Origin: Octopus bimaculoides
Taxonomy: Eukaryota
Assembly (NCBI RefSeq): GCF_001194135.2
Contig: NC_069004.1
Location: 16,264,898 to 16,322,198 of the forward strand
Reading direction: 5' to 3'
Length of the DNA: 57,301 nucleotides
Notes under the pieces: model-generated
What the model was told of the DNA's origin: nothing
What the model saw: the letters and a program-made list of their open reading frames with translations, nothing else
Database searches by the model: none
Shown here: positions 1 to 10,299 of the stretch, in pieces
Position numbering within the stretch: the stretch's first letter is position 1
How the letters are laid out: each line of letters opens with the position of its first letter
Program-made: the position numbers and the translations under genes

Positions 1-232
1 GTGGCACATAAAAGACACCATTTCGAGCGTGGCCGTTTTCGTGCGGGTGACACGTAAAAGCACCCACTACACTCTCTGAGTGGTTGGCGTTAGGAAGGGC
101 ATCCAGCTGTAGAAACTCTGCCAAATCAGACTGGAGCCTGGTGTTGCCATCCGGTTTCACCAGTCCTCAGTCAAATCGTCCAACCCATGCTAGCATGGAA
201 AGCGGACGTTAAACGATGATGATGATGATGAT
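1..232 (+). mobile_element. 3' UTR and (GAT)n tail of a young RTE-clade LINE (continues left of the window)
   Basis: Ends ...CATGCTAGCATGGAAAGCGGACGTTAAAC(GAT)n. I count about 7 differences over about 210 nt against the reverse complement of 54620-54850, which lies downstream (across a gap) of an RT ORF. Confidence 0.85.
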
Positions 233-249
233 ATATATATATACTTTTA

Positions 250-740
250 ATGTAAAGGGAGTGAGAAGCAAAAACTGTGCGCACTCAGCAGTTAATATGT
301 CTTCTGCAAATCTCCTCCAATATGTATATCATTCTAAACCAAACATGTTCCTGCTCTCCAGGAGTGCAAAAATAATCATGGCTGAACTTAGAGTACCCTA
401 GGGGGATAGATTTACATTTCTCACTAGTAAAAAAAAACCAAATATCAGGACTCATTTAATGAGGCCCATGTCGAGGGATGGTACATGGCCTCATTCCCTA
501 TTGAGGTCAGTTGCCATGGCTTTCCAGCAAGTTTGGTATACTATTCTTGCAGAAGACTTGTCCAGAACCAAGAGAACTGAAGAATGTGACCAAGGAGATA
601 GGCATGGCAGCTGAAACCAGCTCAAGGTGGTTATAGTTGACATGAGTCTTTCTGGAGGGGAAGACTAGTTTGGTTCTTGCTACCCCGCTTAGGTACAGCA
701 TCCAGCATCCCTAAAACTTAAATAATAATAATAATAATAA
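250..740 (+). mobile_element. 3' end of a HERO-like non-LTR retrotransposon (restriction-like endonuclease domain, disrupted) with (AAT)n tail
   Basis: Manual translation across frameshifts gives KPNMFLLSRSAKIIMAELRVP*GDR...KYQD...EGWYMASFPIEVSCHGF...KEIGMAAETSSRWL. This matches my recalled HERO-type RLE pattern RPDxVLWSxSxKxVIxxELTVPWE...KY...GW...PVEVGCRGF...WLW. (AAT)n at 721-740. Confidence 0.7.
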
Positions 741-1059
741 GGCACAATAACTGTGAATTTATATCCATAAATCTCGGCGCAATGGAATTATATGATTCTT
801 TTGCTTATTTCCATACTGCTGGATCATTTGTTTTGAAACTAAAATATATTTCATTCCCATAGTTCAGTCCAATTTATTGTTGTCATACATTTTTACAAAT
901 AAGCAAAATTACATTTAAAAATTTTGCATTGCCTACAGATAACCACTCTCCTGCTATCAAATGGAACTGGAACCTGTTGTCAAATAGGTAGATTATGACA
1001 GATAGTAATATGTGCTTGCACATGCATGCATGTATGTGTGATCTTAGGCTCAGTTCACT

Positions 1060-1295
1060 GCACAGCATCTGAGCCAAATGTCTTCTACTTTTTGGTAGAT
1101 GGAAACTGAAAGCAGCCTACTGTGTGTATGTGTGTGTGTCCTCACCACTGCATGACAACTGATGTTGGTTTGTTTTCATCCCTGTAACTTAGTGGTCCAG
1201 TGAAAAAGACAGGCTTTAAAAAGTAAGTACTGGGGTCAATTTGTTTGACTCAATCCTTCAAAGTAGTCCAATGACTGAAACAAGTAAAAAAAAAA
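1060..1295 (+). mobile_element. Degenerate tRNA-derived SINE (family A), body and 3' part
   Basis: Colinear with the young copy at 46339-46606 (GTCTTCTACT...TTTGGTAGATGGAAACTGAAAG...CCCTGTAACTTAG) and with the 3' segment at 32176-32285. Confidence 0.7.
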
Positions 1296-1346
1296 CAGAA
1301 GATAAAAGATACATTCATACATGCTTGCATACATATCTATCTATCT

Positions 1347-2040
1347 ATCATCATCATCATCATCATCATCGTTTAACGTCCGCTTTCCATGCTGGCATGG
1401 GTTGGACGATTTGACTGAGGACTGGTGAACCAGATGGCTACACCAGGCTCCAATCTGATTTGGCAGAGTTTCTACAGCTGGATGCCCTTCCTAACGCCAA
1501 CCACTCTGAGAGTGTAGTGAGTGCTTTTAAGTGCCACCAGCACGAAGGCCAGTCAGGCTGTACTGTCAACGGCCACGCTCAAAATGGTATATTTTACGTG
1601 CCACCTGCACAGGAGCCAGTCCACTGGTACTGGCAACGATCACGCTCGAATGTCTTTTCAAGTGCCACTGGCACAAGTGCCAAGAAGGCGACGTTGATAA
1701 CGATCATGTTCAAATGGTGCTATTTATGTGCCACCGGCACGGAAACCAGACAGCTGGTGCTCTGGCAACAATCATGCTCGGACAGTGCTCTTAGTGATCC
1801 ACTGGTACAGGTGTCATCACAATTTTGCTTTCCCCAACAGGTCTTCACAAGCCGAGTTTAGTGTTCAATGAAAGAGGCGTTGGCAAGGGTGCCAGTCTAC
1901 AAATTTAGTTCGATTTTGATTTCACTTGCCTCAACAGGTCTTCGCAAGTGGAGTTTAGTGTCCAATGAAGGAATGTTATGCGTAAGTGGGCTGGTTACAT
2001 CCCTGGCAGAGGCCTTGGATTTTGGTCTTATCTTACCTAT
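1347..2040 (-). mobile_element. RTE LINE 3' UTR with internal repeated modules and (GAT)n tail
   Basis: (ATC)n at 1347-1370, then the reverse complement of the terminal ~185 nt seen at 1-232 (about 94% identical by eye), then repeated GTGCCAC...GGCAAC GATC/GCCACGCTC modules. Confidence 0.8.
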
Positions 2041-2064
2041 CTATCTATTTATGGCCAGGCCAAG

Positions 2065-3118
2065 AGTGATGTTGTGGTGAAAGTGCCATTATGAAAGGTT
2101 GCTAAATGTGTAGAATGCATGGGAGGAGGATTGTCTTCCTAATATGGATCCAACTGAGGGACCAGCCATCGGAGTTGACAGCAGAGTGATAGATAAAGCA
2201 ATTAAAAATATGAAGACAGATAAAGCCCCTGGACTATCAGGAATCACTACTGAGATGCTTAAGATATTTGGCAGAGTAAGATATGGCCTAGTCACTTGTA
2301 TAGTTGATCAGGTTATCCAGGAAGGCATCATCTCAATGTCTGATGTAGTAGCATTATAATTAACTGCTACAAGGGTAAAGGTGATGCCTTAGATTGAAAC
2401 ATTTATCGAGGTATCAAACTGCTGGACCAGGTCACAAAAGTTAGAGAGAGAGTGTGTGTATTATAGCCCAATTGATTAGAAATAGAGCTAAACTACATGC
2501 AATGCAGTTTGGCTTTATGCCAGGGAAGAGTACTACAGAAGCCATCTTCTTAGTGAGACAGTTGCAGGAGAAATATGTAGCCAAAAGTAAACCATTGTAC
2601 TTGGCTTTTGTTGATCTGGAGAAAGCTTTTGACAGAGTCTCTCACTCTGTTATCTGGTAGTCTCTAAGGAAGTTAGGAGTAGATGAGTGGCTTGTTATAG
2701 CTGTACAAGCCATGTATAGAGGTGCTGTCACCTCTATACATTTAGTATACAAGTAGGAGATCACTAGGGCTTAGTTCTCAGTCTCCTGTTAATCGTCATA
2801 GTCCTCCAGGAATTTGCAACTGGCTGCTTGTGGGAACAATTTTGTATGTGACAGATGTGCAGGAACAATAAGTCTCAAGGACACATGGGAATTAGATTTT
2901 GTCAAATGCCCAGGAGGCTCCCTTGAGATTGTAGATAGTTTCCGTTACCTAGGTGACCAAATTAGCTGTGGAGGAGAATGTTCTGAAAGTATTGTTGCTA
3001 GAATAAGAATAGAATGGAGGAAGTTCAGAAAGCTACTACCTCTGCTGGCAATAAAAGGCCTCTCTCTCTCTCTCTCTCTCTCCCTCTCTCTCTCCCTCTC
3101 CCGCTCTCTCTCTCCCTC

Positions 3119-3162
<44 letters not shown>

Positions 3163-3250
3163 TGTATGATGCTTGCATCTGAACAGTTATGCTCCATGGT
3201 AATGGATCTTGGGCTCTGAATGCAGATGAAGTTCGTGTCCTCCAAATGGA
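2065..3250 (+). pseudogene. RTE-clade LINE ORF2 reverse-transcriptase region, frameshifted and internally deleted
   Basis: KAPGLSGITTEMLK; YKGKGDALD; YRGIKLLDQ; MQFGFMPGKSTTEAIFLVRQLQEKY; AFVDLEKAFDRV; VDSFRYLGD; after the (CT)n tract the frame resumes RLYDAC..MLHG..W. Confidence 0.9.
3059..3159 (+). repeat. (CT)n microsatellite inside the RTE ORF
   Basis: About 100 nt of CT with a few CCC interruptions, flanked on both sides by colinear RTE coding sequence. Confidence 0.95.
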
Positions 3251-4279
3251 TGTGCAATAAAATACAATTCACTTTCATTAGAATCAAAAAAGAATTATTT
3301 AAAATTCTGAATGTAAAAGTCATATAAAGTTATTCTGAGCTGTGCCAACTTGTAAATTATGGATTTTTAACATAGAGCACAAAGTATCGGTTATGATACG
3401 GTTGATTATGCTGACTATAGTACTTGTGCTTGGAGTTAGTTTTTTCAGGTCCAGAAGGATTGAGGGCAAAGTCAATTGTGGCAGGATTTCTGAAGTATTA
3501 AATAATAATAATAATAACAATAATGATGGTGATAATGATAAAATCAAATAAAAAAGGGAAGAATCAATATGGAAAATAGATTAAAAGTGTGTGCTGTGAA
3601 TGCAGAGGTTATGAATTCAACTACGCTATTGGTAAGGCAATAATTAGATTGCTTTTGCAAACTAAGATGCTGTTTCACAGATTATTTGTTGTTAACATTA
3701 AAAAGAACAAAAAGACAAGTTTATGGAAGGAAAGGTCTGTCTTACTGATGAATAATGATATAATGTATATGAAGCCGTTGGGAAGGTCCTAGAAGAGTAC
3801 TTCCTCACTTTCTGAGATTTCATAACTTCATAATAATTTGTTACAAAGACACTTGAAGATAATTTTCTTTACTCTGGAGGGAAAGCTAGTGCCCATGTCC
3901 CTTTGTAGGGAGAGTTCTAACCTCAAACCTCATTGAAATGCTTGCAACAAAATATACTCTACATGAGACTCTAGTGATGTCTTTAGTAGTTGTGTTATTT
4001 GGACAACAGATTAAGTCTCCTATATGCTTATGGTAGGATTTGAACTCAGAATGGAAAAAACTGGAACATACCAGAAAGCATCCAGTGTGATATTCCTATT
4101 GTTCTGCCTATCTAGCACTATATATATATCATTGGGCCCAATGAAAAACTATATTATATTAGCAAAGAATCTAATCATCCACCTGTAATTCTTAAGAACC
4201 TAGTTATATTGCATATAAATTTATTTACAGGGAAAAAATATTGAAAAACATCAGTACATGTGAGAGTGAAAAAGAAACG

Positions 4280-4868
4280 AGTAGGGTTGTCTTTATATGT
4301 GCTAGAAATGACAGCCAAATTGCTCTGAAGTCATTCACTTTTCCCTCTGAAGATATTAACAATTTTTTTCAATTTTTTTTTACCGAAAATGCTCTTTCCA
4401 GGGTTTTGAAGTGCAAAAAAGAAAAAATTAGCCAAAATAGGTCCAGAGTGGGATGATGAGGGAAGGGTGGAGTTGTAAAAAAAAAGAGTTTTCAAAACTT
4501 TTTCATACAAAGATGTCGCCCCCTCCAAACCCATCATTTCAAAGGCTGTGTTTTAAAAAAATGGGAAAAATTTTCCCCACGAATTTCTTTAAAATCATAA
4601 TCTATGCCGTTTGAAAGGGATTTGTATAAATTTTTATTAAAAGATACCCATTTTCATGAAAGTTATAAGGGAAAAAAAGTCAGATCGTGTGAATTTTCCA
4701 AAACTCCTCTCTCTACCCCCTTGGAAAAATTCTTTCCCATAAATCCCTATATACTCTGAAGCCACAACATCTAAGTAGTGTTTGTAGAAAACTTTGTTAA
4801 AAAGTATCCATTTTTCTGGATGTTATGAGGCAATAAAGTCAGGAGTGTATACCTCTGTGGTAATGCCC
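4280..4868. mobile_element. Probable non-autonomous DNA-transposon-like relic with internal direct and inverted motifs
   Basis: Two related segments: TTTGTATAAATTTTTATTAAAAGATACCCATTTTCATGAAAGTTAT (~4620) and TTTGTAGAAAACTTTGTTAAAAAGTATCCATTTTTCTGGATGTTAT (~4780). Partial inverted match around 4500-4635. No TIR pair or TSD established. Confidence 0.3.
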
Positions 4869-6051
4869 TTTTATTTATGCGATTTTTTCATTTCATTTCA
4901 TTCATTATTTGCAAAGTTCTCTCTCCTCCCTCTCTCTCTCTCACACACACACTGCATAGCTTACAGATTGGCTGCTGAATTGTAATCTCTATGCTGCTTT
5001 GAGGGGAAGGTAAAACTTGACAAATTGCTTCGCCCTCTGTTGTTGGACTACTGTGATGTTTGTTTAAAAGAGAGATTATGAATATGATTAAATAATGAAA
5101 GCAATATTTACTAAGCAAGTGAGCACTATTACACAAAGAAATAATTAGATGTAAAATATAAAAACTAATAGAACTGAGAATCAAATGTGAAAATATTAAT
5201 AAGGTTCTAGAAGAAAACCTCCCAGAGGGTGGTCTTTCTGCTAGTATATATAATTATAATAATTGTTTTTTGATAACATAATAGGTTAAATAGGATGGTG
5301 TCTATATTACAATATTACAATAACCAATATGTTGTGCATGTATAGTAATATTACAATCATGAAATTAGCATTAGCTTATCTCACTCTTTGTGACAGAACC
5401 CCTAGGAACCTTTTGCGGAAGTCTGGTTGAGATATGCTGTGTTAGGGTAACCACAGGGTTTTATTGGGTTTCCACAAATAGCTCTTGGATTTCTCTCTCT
5501 TGGATAATCATTCTTTGTTTGGAATTTGTTGTTTCTTTGTTTCTCTTGTTCTTTTTACACATGATCCCATTTTGTATCATCCTGTATCATCCCCAATGTT
5601 TTTGTGACCTTAGTGATGAATAAAGAAAACTTTTTTTATCATAGGGTATGCATTTAAAATAGTTTTTTTCTTCTTCTTCATGTTAACTGTCAACTCTTCA
5701 AAAAAGCTTTTTTTATTATTACTTGTGTATTTCAAACTTTTGGTGTGATTTCTTGAATCTTTAAACAAATGAGACTTGGGAATATGAGATTGTTGTTTGC
5801 CAAACAAGAAACAATTTAGAAAAATTGAAATTAGTGTTAGTACAATTCACAAAAGCGAAAAAAGTCTGACAAGAATTGTAACAAGAACACTTATGTTGTG
5901 ACTGATTAAATACTACTGCAATTATATTTAACAAAACTGTTTTATATGCATATTTCCATTATTCTGACTCCACTTCACTTATCTAAATATAGCTACATCT
6001 GACAACAATTTGTTAGTTAGAGACTTTCACAACAGAGTCAGTATTTACAAG

Positions 6052-6097
<46 letters not shown>

Positions 6098-6274
6098 AGT
6101 GGTAGTTGTAGAAGTAGTAGGGATAAAAAAAAANNNNNNNNNNNNNNNNNNNNNNNNNNNNNNNNNNNNNNNNNNNNNNNNNNNNNNNNNNNNNNNNNNN
6201 NNNNNNNNNNNNNNNNNNNNNNNNNNNNNNNNNNNNNNNNNNNNNNNNNNNNNNNNNNNNNNNNNNNNNNNNNN

Positions 6275-6327
<53 letters not shown>

Positions 6328-6507
6328 AGGAGAGATGAAATTATACATATTTGGAACAGAGTTTATGCATTTTAAACATTTTTATATATTTGTATACTTA
6401 CTGTTAATATTAATCTTGATATACATACCTGTGTGTGTGTGTGTGTGTTTGTGTGTATGAATTTATATATACACACGTCTGAATTTATATATATATATAA
6501 ATATATA

Positions 6508-6965
6508 TTGGGTCATCCCATAAATAATGTGGTTCTTTTATACTTCTTTTATTTTTCTAAATTAAGATAAACAAAATCTTTTTTTAATCTAAAATATATT
6601 CGCCTTCATTTTCTTCAATGCTCTTCCATGTATCTGGTAGACTTGCAAGGCCCCTCTCCCAAAATTCACTTGTCCGTGACAAAACATACTCCTCCAGTAC
6701 TGTTCTGACCTCATCTACAGAATTCATATTTTTTCCATACAAATGATTTTGAAGACTGTGGAATAAATGATAATCAGACGGGGCAATGTCTGGTGTGTGG
6801 GGAATTTGTTTCCCATTCAAACTGCTCCAGCCTTTGGAGTGTCATCTTCACTGTATGTGGCCAAGCATTATCGTCATGAAAGAACACCTTTTGTCTTGAA
6901 ACCAAAAATGGTTGTTTTTCTTCTAGCGCTGAGTTAAGCTGCTCAAGCTACTCGCTTGAGCAGCT
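6508..6965 (-). mobile_element. mariner transposon, 3' half with one terminus
   Basis: Minus strand: VFFHDDNAWPH...PHTPDIAPSDYHLFHSLQNHL...FWERGLASLPDTWKSIEENEGEYILD*. Terminus TA|TTGGGTCATCCCATAAATAATG at 6508. Confidence 0.85.
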
Positions 6966-6971
6966 TAATGT

Positions 6972-7350
6972 TACATGGGTATGAAACTTGGGCTATGAAT
7001 GCACAAGATTTGCAAAGACTAGACAAAAAGTAAGTTAGCATGCTATGCCGGATGTGCAATGTCAGTGTGCATGTGCAACAAAGTACAAATAAATGTGTTG
7101 AGAGAAAAATTGGATATAAGAGGCATCAAATGTTAGTGCAAGAGGGGAGGTTCATGCGATGTGGATGGGTGAAGACAGCTGTACAAAGTGCAATCTATAA
7201 AAGTGGAGGGGATGCATAAAAGAAAGAGAGGTTAGAAGACATGGGATGAGGTAGTGAAGACCATCTTCAAAATGTTGAGCCTCATGGAGGAGATAACAAA
7301 GGACCGTGAAGAATGGTGATATACTTTGCTTGAGGAGACCTGTCCATATC
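6972..7350 (+). mobile_element. RTE LINE ORF2 C-terminal fragment
   Basis: LHGYETWAMNAQDLQRL...MLCRMCNVSV...LREKLDIRGI...KTWDEVV: post-RT region of the same RTE family, with frameshifts. Confidence 0.7.
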
Positions 7351-8000
7351 AGTAAAAATGAGGTCCTGCCAAGCTTTTCTCCCCCACATCCCATCTTCTA
7401 CTATCCATCCATTCATCTATGTTCTAACTATAGCTCTACTCACTCGGGTGCTGTAAATGATACCATTTATTCTCCTATGCTTCACATTGTATCCCTGCTA
7501 CTGTCCCTTATCTCCTCCTCCTTCTGACCCACTCTTATTTCCTACACTTCCCCTCCCTAAACTGATATGTGTCTATCTACCTCAATCCCCATCTCTAACC
7601 ATCTGTCAAACTCTTTTCACATTCTCATGAACATACCTACTACCCTTTCTCTTCCTCTACCCTTATTCTCTCTCATGTTCAAAATCTACCTTTATGGTAC
7701 ACCATCATCATATGTCCCTCTTTCCAATTGGGAAAGCTATGTATCTCCTCTTCAGGAAGACATTTGTTCCTATCCTTGTATTCACTTTTACCTCCTTCGC
7801 TGTATCCCACTCAGTCAAGAGGTCTTGTCTTGAGAGTACTTGGTGACCTCACTAGTGCTGGTGTCATGAAAAAATACACCCAACACATTCTGTAAATTGA
7901 TTGGCATCCTTGAGGGGATCCAACTGTAGAAACCGTGCCAACGCAGACATTGCAGCTCAGCTCAATCTTCTGTTAGTAACTTGTATCTTTATACATTAAA

Positions 8001-8003
<3 letters not shown>

Positions 8004-8032
<29 letters not shown>
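8004..8032. repeat. (TA)n microsatellite at the distal end of the Penelope-like relic
   Basis: Read directly from the sequence. Confidence 0.95.
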
Positions 8033-8036
<4 letters not shown>

Positions 8037-8112
8037 AATAAAACATATATCAGAAAAGAAACACACTCTAAAGAATAGAGCAGTAATTTTTAAAGCAAAA
8101 TGTTGAATTTTG

Positions 8113-8183
8113 GTCATAGCATTACTGAAGGTTTTGTATCCACAAAAACCACAGCCTTATGGACAGCTTGTCAGACTCTATAC
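8113..8183 (-). ncRNA. Decayed type I hammerhead ribozyme motif (G8A and G12A core changes)
   Basis: Minus strand: GUAUAGAGU-CUGACAA-G(C)UGUCCAUA[AGGCUGUGGUUUU]UGUGGAUAC-AAAA-C[CUUCA]G-UA-AUGCUAUGAC. Stem I pairs 7 of 8, stem II is 9 bp with one bulge, and a GUA triplet is in place. It lies about 135 nt downstream of the GIY-YIG stop codon. Confidence 0.6.
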
Positions 8184-8316
8184 AAAGACAAAAAAAATTA
8201 AACTTTCTACCATACGGATGTGAGGAAATGCTCAGATATCAAGATTTAATGGCTAACATAAAGAGGATGGTTTATATGGACCAGAGGATAAAAAACTCTT
8301 ACAGACCTGAAATAGC

Positions 8317-9095
8317 CTAACCAGTAAACGGAGAGATCCAATTTTCCAGTAGGTAGCACTTGAAATGGACACATTTAGAGAAAACTTCTTTACAACTATT
8401 CAATGTGCCACGTTTAGCATAGTCCTTAAGAATTTTGATTCTCTCTGCAATGCAGATTTTGCAACAGCCACTTCCATTAATATATGAGCCTGGATGATCT
8501 ATTATTTTCCACCAGAAGTCACATGGGATCCCTTTATCTTTGAGATGCTACACATGGTTGGCCAGGGACATGACAAAACGTCTTTCTGGGACTCTGAATA
8601 ACTGGTGGTTGCAGAAGCAATGTTTGAAAGATGTAGTGGCCAATCCAATATATTTACAAACATGGGATGTGGCTATATTCGCACTCCTGGTATATCTCTG
8701 GTAGGTTCCAGGTCTGGGGATGCTGTTGGTAACACAGTTGCTGATGTTGATATGGCACAATGATCCAGTGGTGTCATTGCCATGGTTATCATTTCTGGTC
8801 ATATGGCTGGTGATGTAGCTGTCAGTGTTAGTGTGGGTGTGGCTGGTGGTAACATATGGTGTGGGGCCAGTCATCTCATCGGTGTTGATGATAATTGTTT
8901 GGTCATTGTCTGCAGGGGTGGTACTGGGGACACCGGATACCTCCTCTGTGTCGCTGGTCTTGGATTCGTCATCATCTCTAGGTGTGGCAATTCTACTAGG
9001 CCTTGTCACTCTCAGTGTTGATGATAATGGTTTGATCATCATCTGTGGCGGTGGTACTCCTCTGTGTTGCTGGTCCCGGACTGGTCATCATCTCT
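8317..9095 (-). pseudogene. Penelope-like element GIY-YIG endonuclease domain preceded by a Thr/Asp-rich repeat region; one in-frame TAG
   Basis: Reading the 8548..9042 ORF through its TAG gives ...LCHINISNCVTNSI...KYIGLATTSFKHCFCNH...SLANHV*HLKDKGIPCDFWWKIIDHPGSYINGSGCCKICIAERIKIL...TLNSCKEVFSKCVHFKCYLL...*(8317). This matches my recalled PLE endonuclease pattern YIGL..FK....H...L..H.W.LK...W.I.....Y..G...C.LC..E..I...LN...E..SKC.H...LL. The TAG falls at the conserved Trp position. Confidence 0.8.
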
Positions 9096-10299
9096 GGCTA
9101 TGTGTATGTATGGGAAATGCAAGCACAAGACCATCCTGCCTGGTGAAGCTGCACCAACAGAGGTGCTGCCTTCTATGAAGAGAATAGAATTGCAGGGGCA
9201 CAAAGATAATGCAAATGGTGCAAGTCCAGTGCCAACTCCTTGCCTTCAGGCCCAGCCGACCACCAGTGCCCAACCTGCAGAAAAGCTTTCTGAGAACACA
9301 ACAGACTGATTGGCCACAGCCAGACACCATACTGCATCTTCTTCTCCCATGTCATGTTCTTCATCATTGTCAACAAAGACAAACAAACTAATAATGTGTG
9401 TGTGTGTGGGGGGGGGGGGGGNNNNNNNNNNNNNNNNNNNNNNNNNNNNNNNNNNNNNNNNNNNNNNNNNNNNNNNNNNNNNNNNNNNNNNNNNNNNNNN
9501 NNNNNNNNNNNNNNNNNNNNNNNNNNNNNNNNNNNNNNNNNNNNNNNNNNNNNNNNNNNNNNNNNNNNNNNNNNNNNNNNNNNNNNNNNNNNNNNNNNNN
9601 NNNNNNNNNNNNNNNNNNNNNNNNNNNNNNNNNNNNNNNNNNNNNNNNNNNNNNNNNNNNNNNNNNNNNNNNNNNNNNNNNNNNNNNNNNNNNNNNNNNN
9701 NNNNNNNNNNNNNNNNNNNNNNNNNNNNNNNNNNNNNNNNNNNNNNNNNNNNNNNNNNNNNNNNNNNNNNNNNNNNNNNNNNNNNNNNNNNNNNNNNNNN
9801 NNNNNNNNNNNNNNNNNNNNNNNNNNNNNNNNNNNNNNNNNNNNNNNNNNNNNNNNNNNNNNNNNNNNNNNNNNNNNNNNNNNNNNNNNNNNNNNNNNNN
9901 NNNNNNNNNNNNNNNNNNNNNNNNNNNNNNNNNNNNNNNNNNNNNNNNNNNNNNNNNNNNNNNNNNNNNNNNNNNNNNNNNNNNNNNNNNNNNNNNNNNN
10001 NNNNNNNNNNNNNNNNNNNNNNNNNNNNNNNNNNNNNNNNNNNNNNNNNNNNNNNNNNNNNNNNNNNNNNNNNNNNNNNNNNNNNNNNNNNNNNNNNNNN
10101 NNNNNNNNNNNNNNNNNNNNNNNNNNNNNNNNNNNNNNNNNNNNNNNNNNNNNNNNNNNNNNNNNNNNNNNNNNNNNNNNNNNNNNNNNNNNNNNNNNNN
10201 NNNNNNNTTTATTTCTACATATTTATTTATTTATTATTTATTTATTTATTTATTATTTATTTATTTATTTTTTTCCATATTTCTAGTGTTGGTTGGGTA

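Noticed and set aside
458-495. 13-bp hairpin AATGAGGC(C)CATGT...ACATGGCCTCATT
   Set aside because: Lies within the coding frame of the HERO-like relic, has no U-tract or other context, and is probably incidental.
1460-1861. 133-aa ORF AEFLQLDALPNANH..., similar peptides at 54695 and 32286
   Set aside because: Antisense reading of the RTE 3' UTR; it recurs because the repeat recurs, not because it is a gene family.
4129-4144. 16-bp palindrome TCATTGGGCCCAATGA resembling fused mariner ends
   Set aside because: Flanks are not TA duplications, and it is too short to distinguish from chance.
8825-9178. Hydrophobic plus-strand ORF suggesting a membrane protein
   Set aside because: Antisense shadow of the Thr/Asp-rich minus-strand frame.
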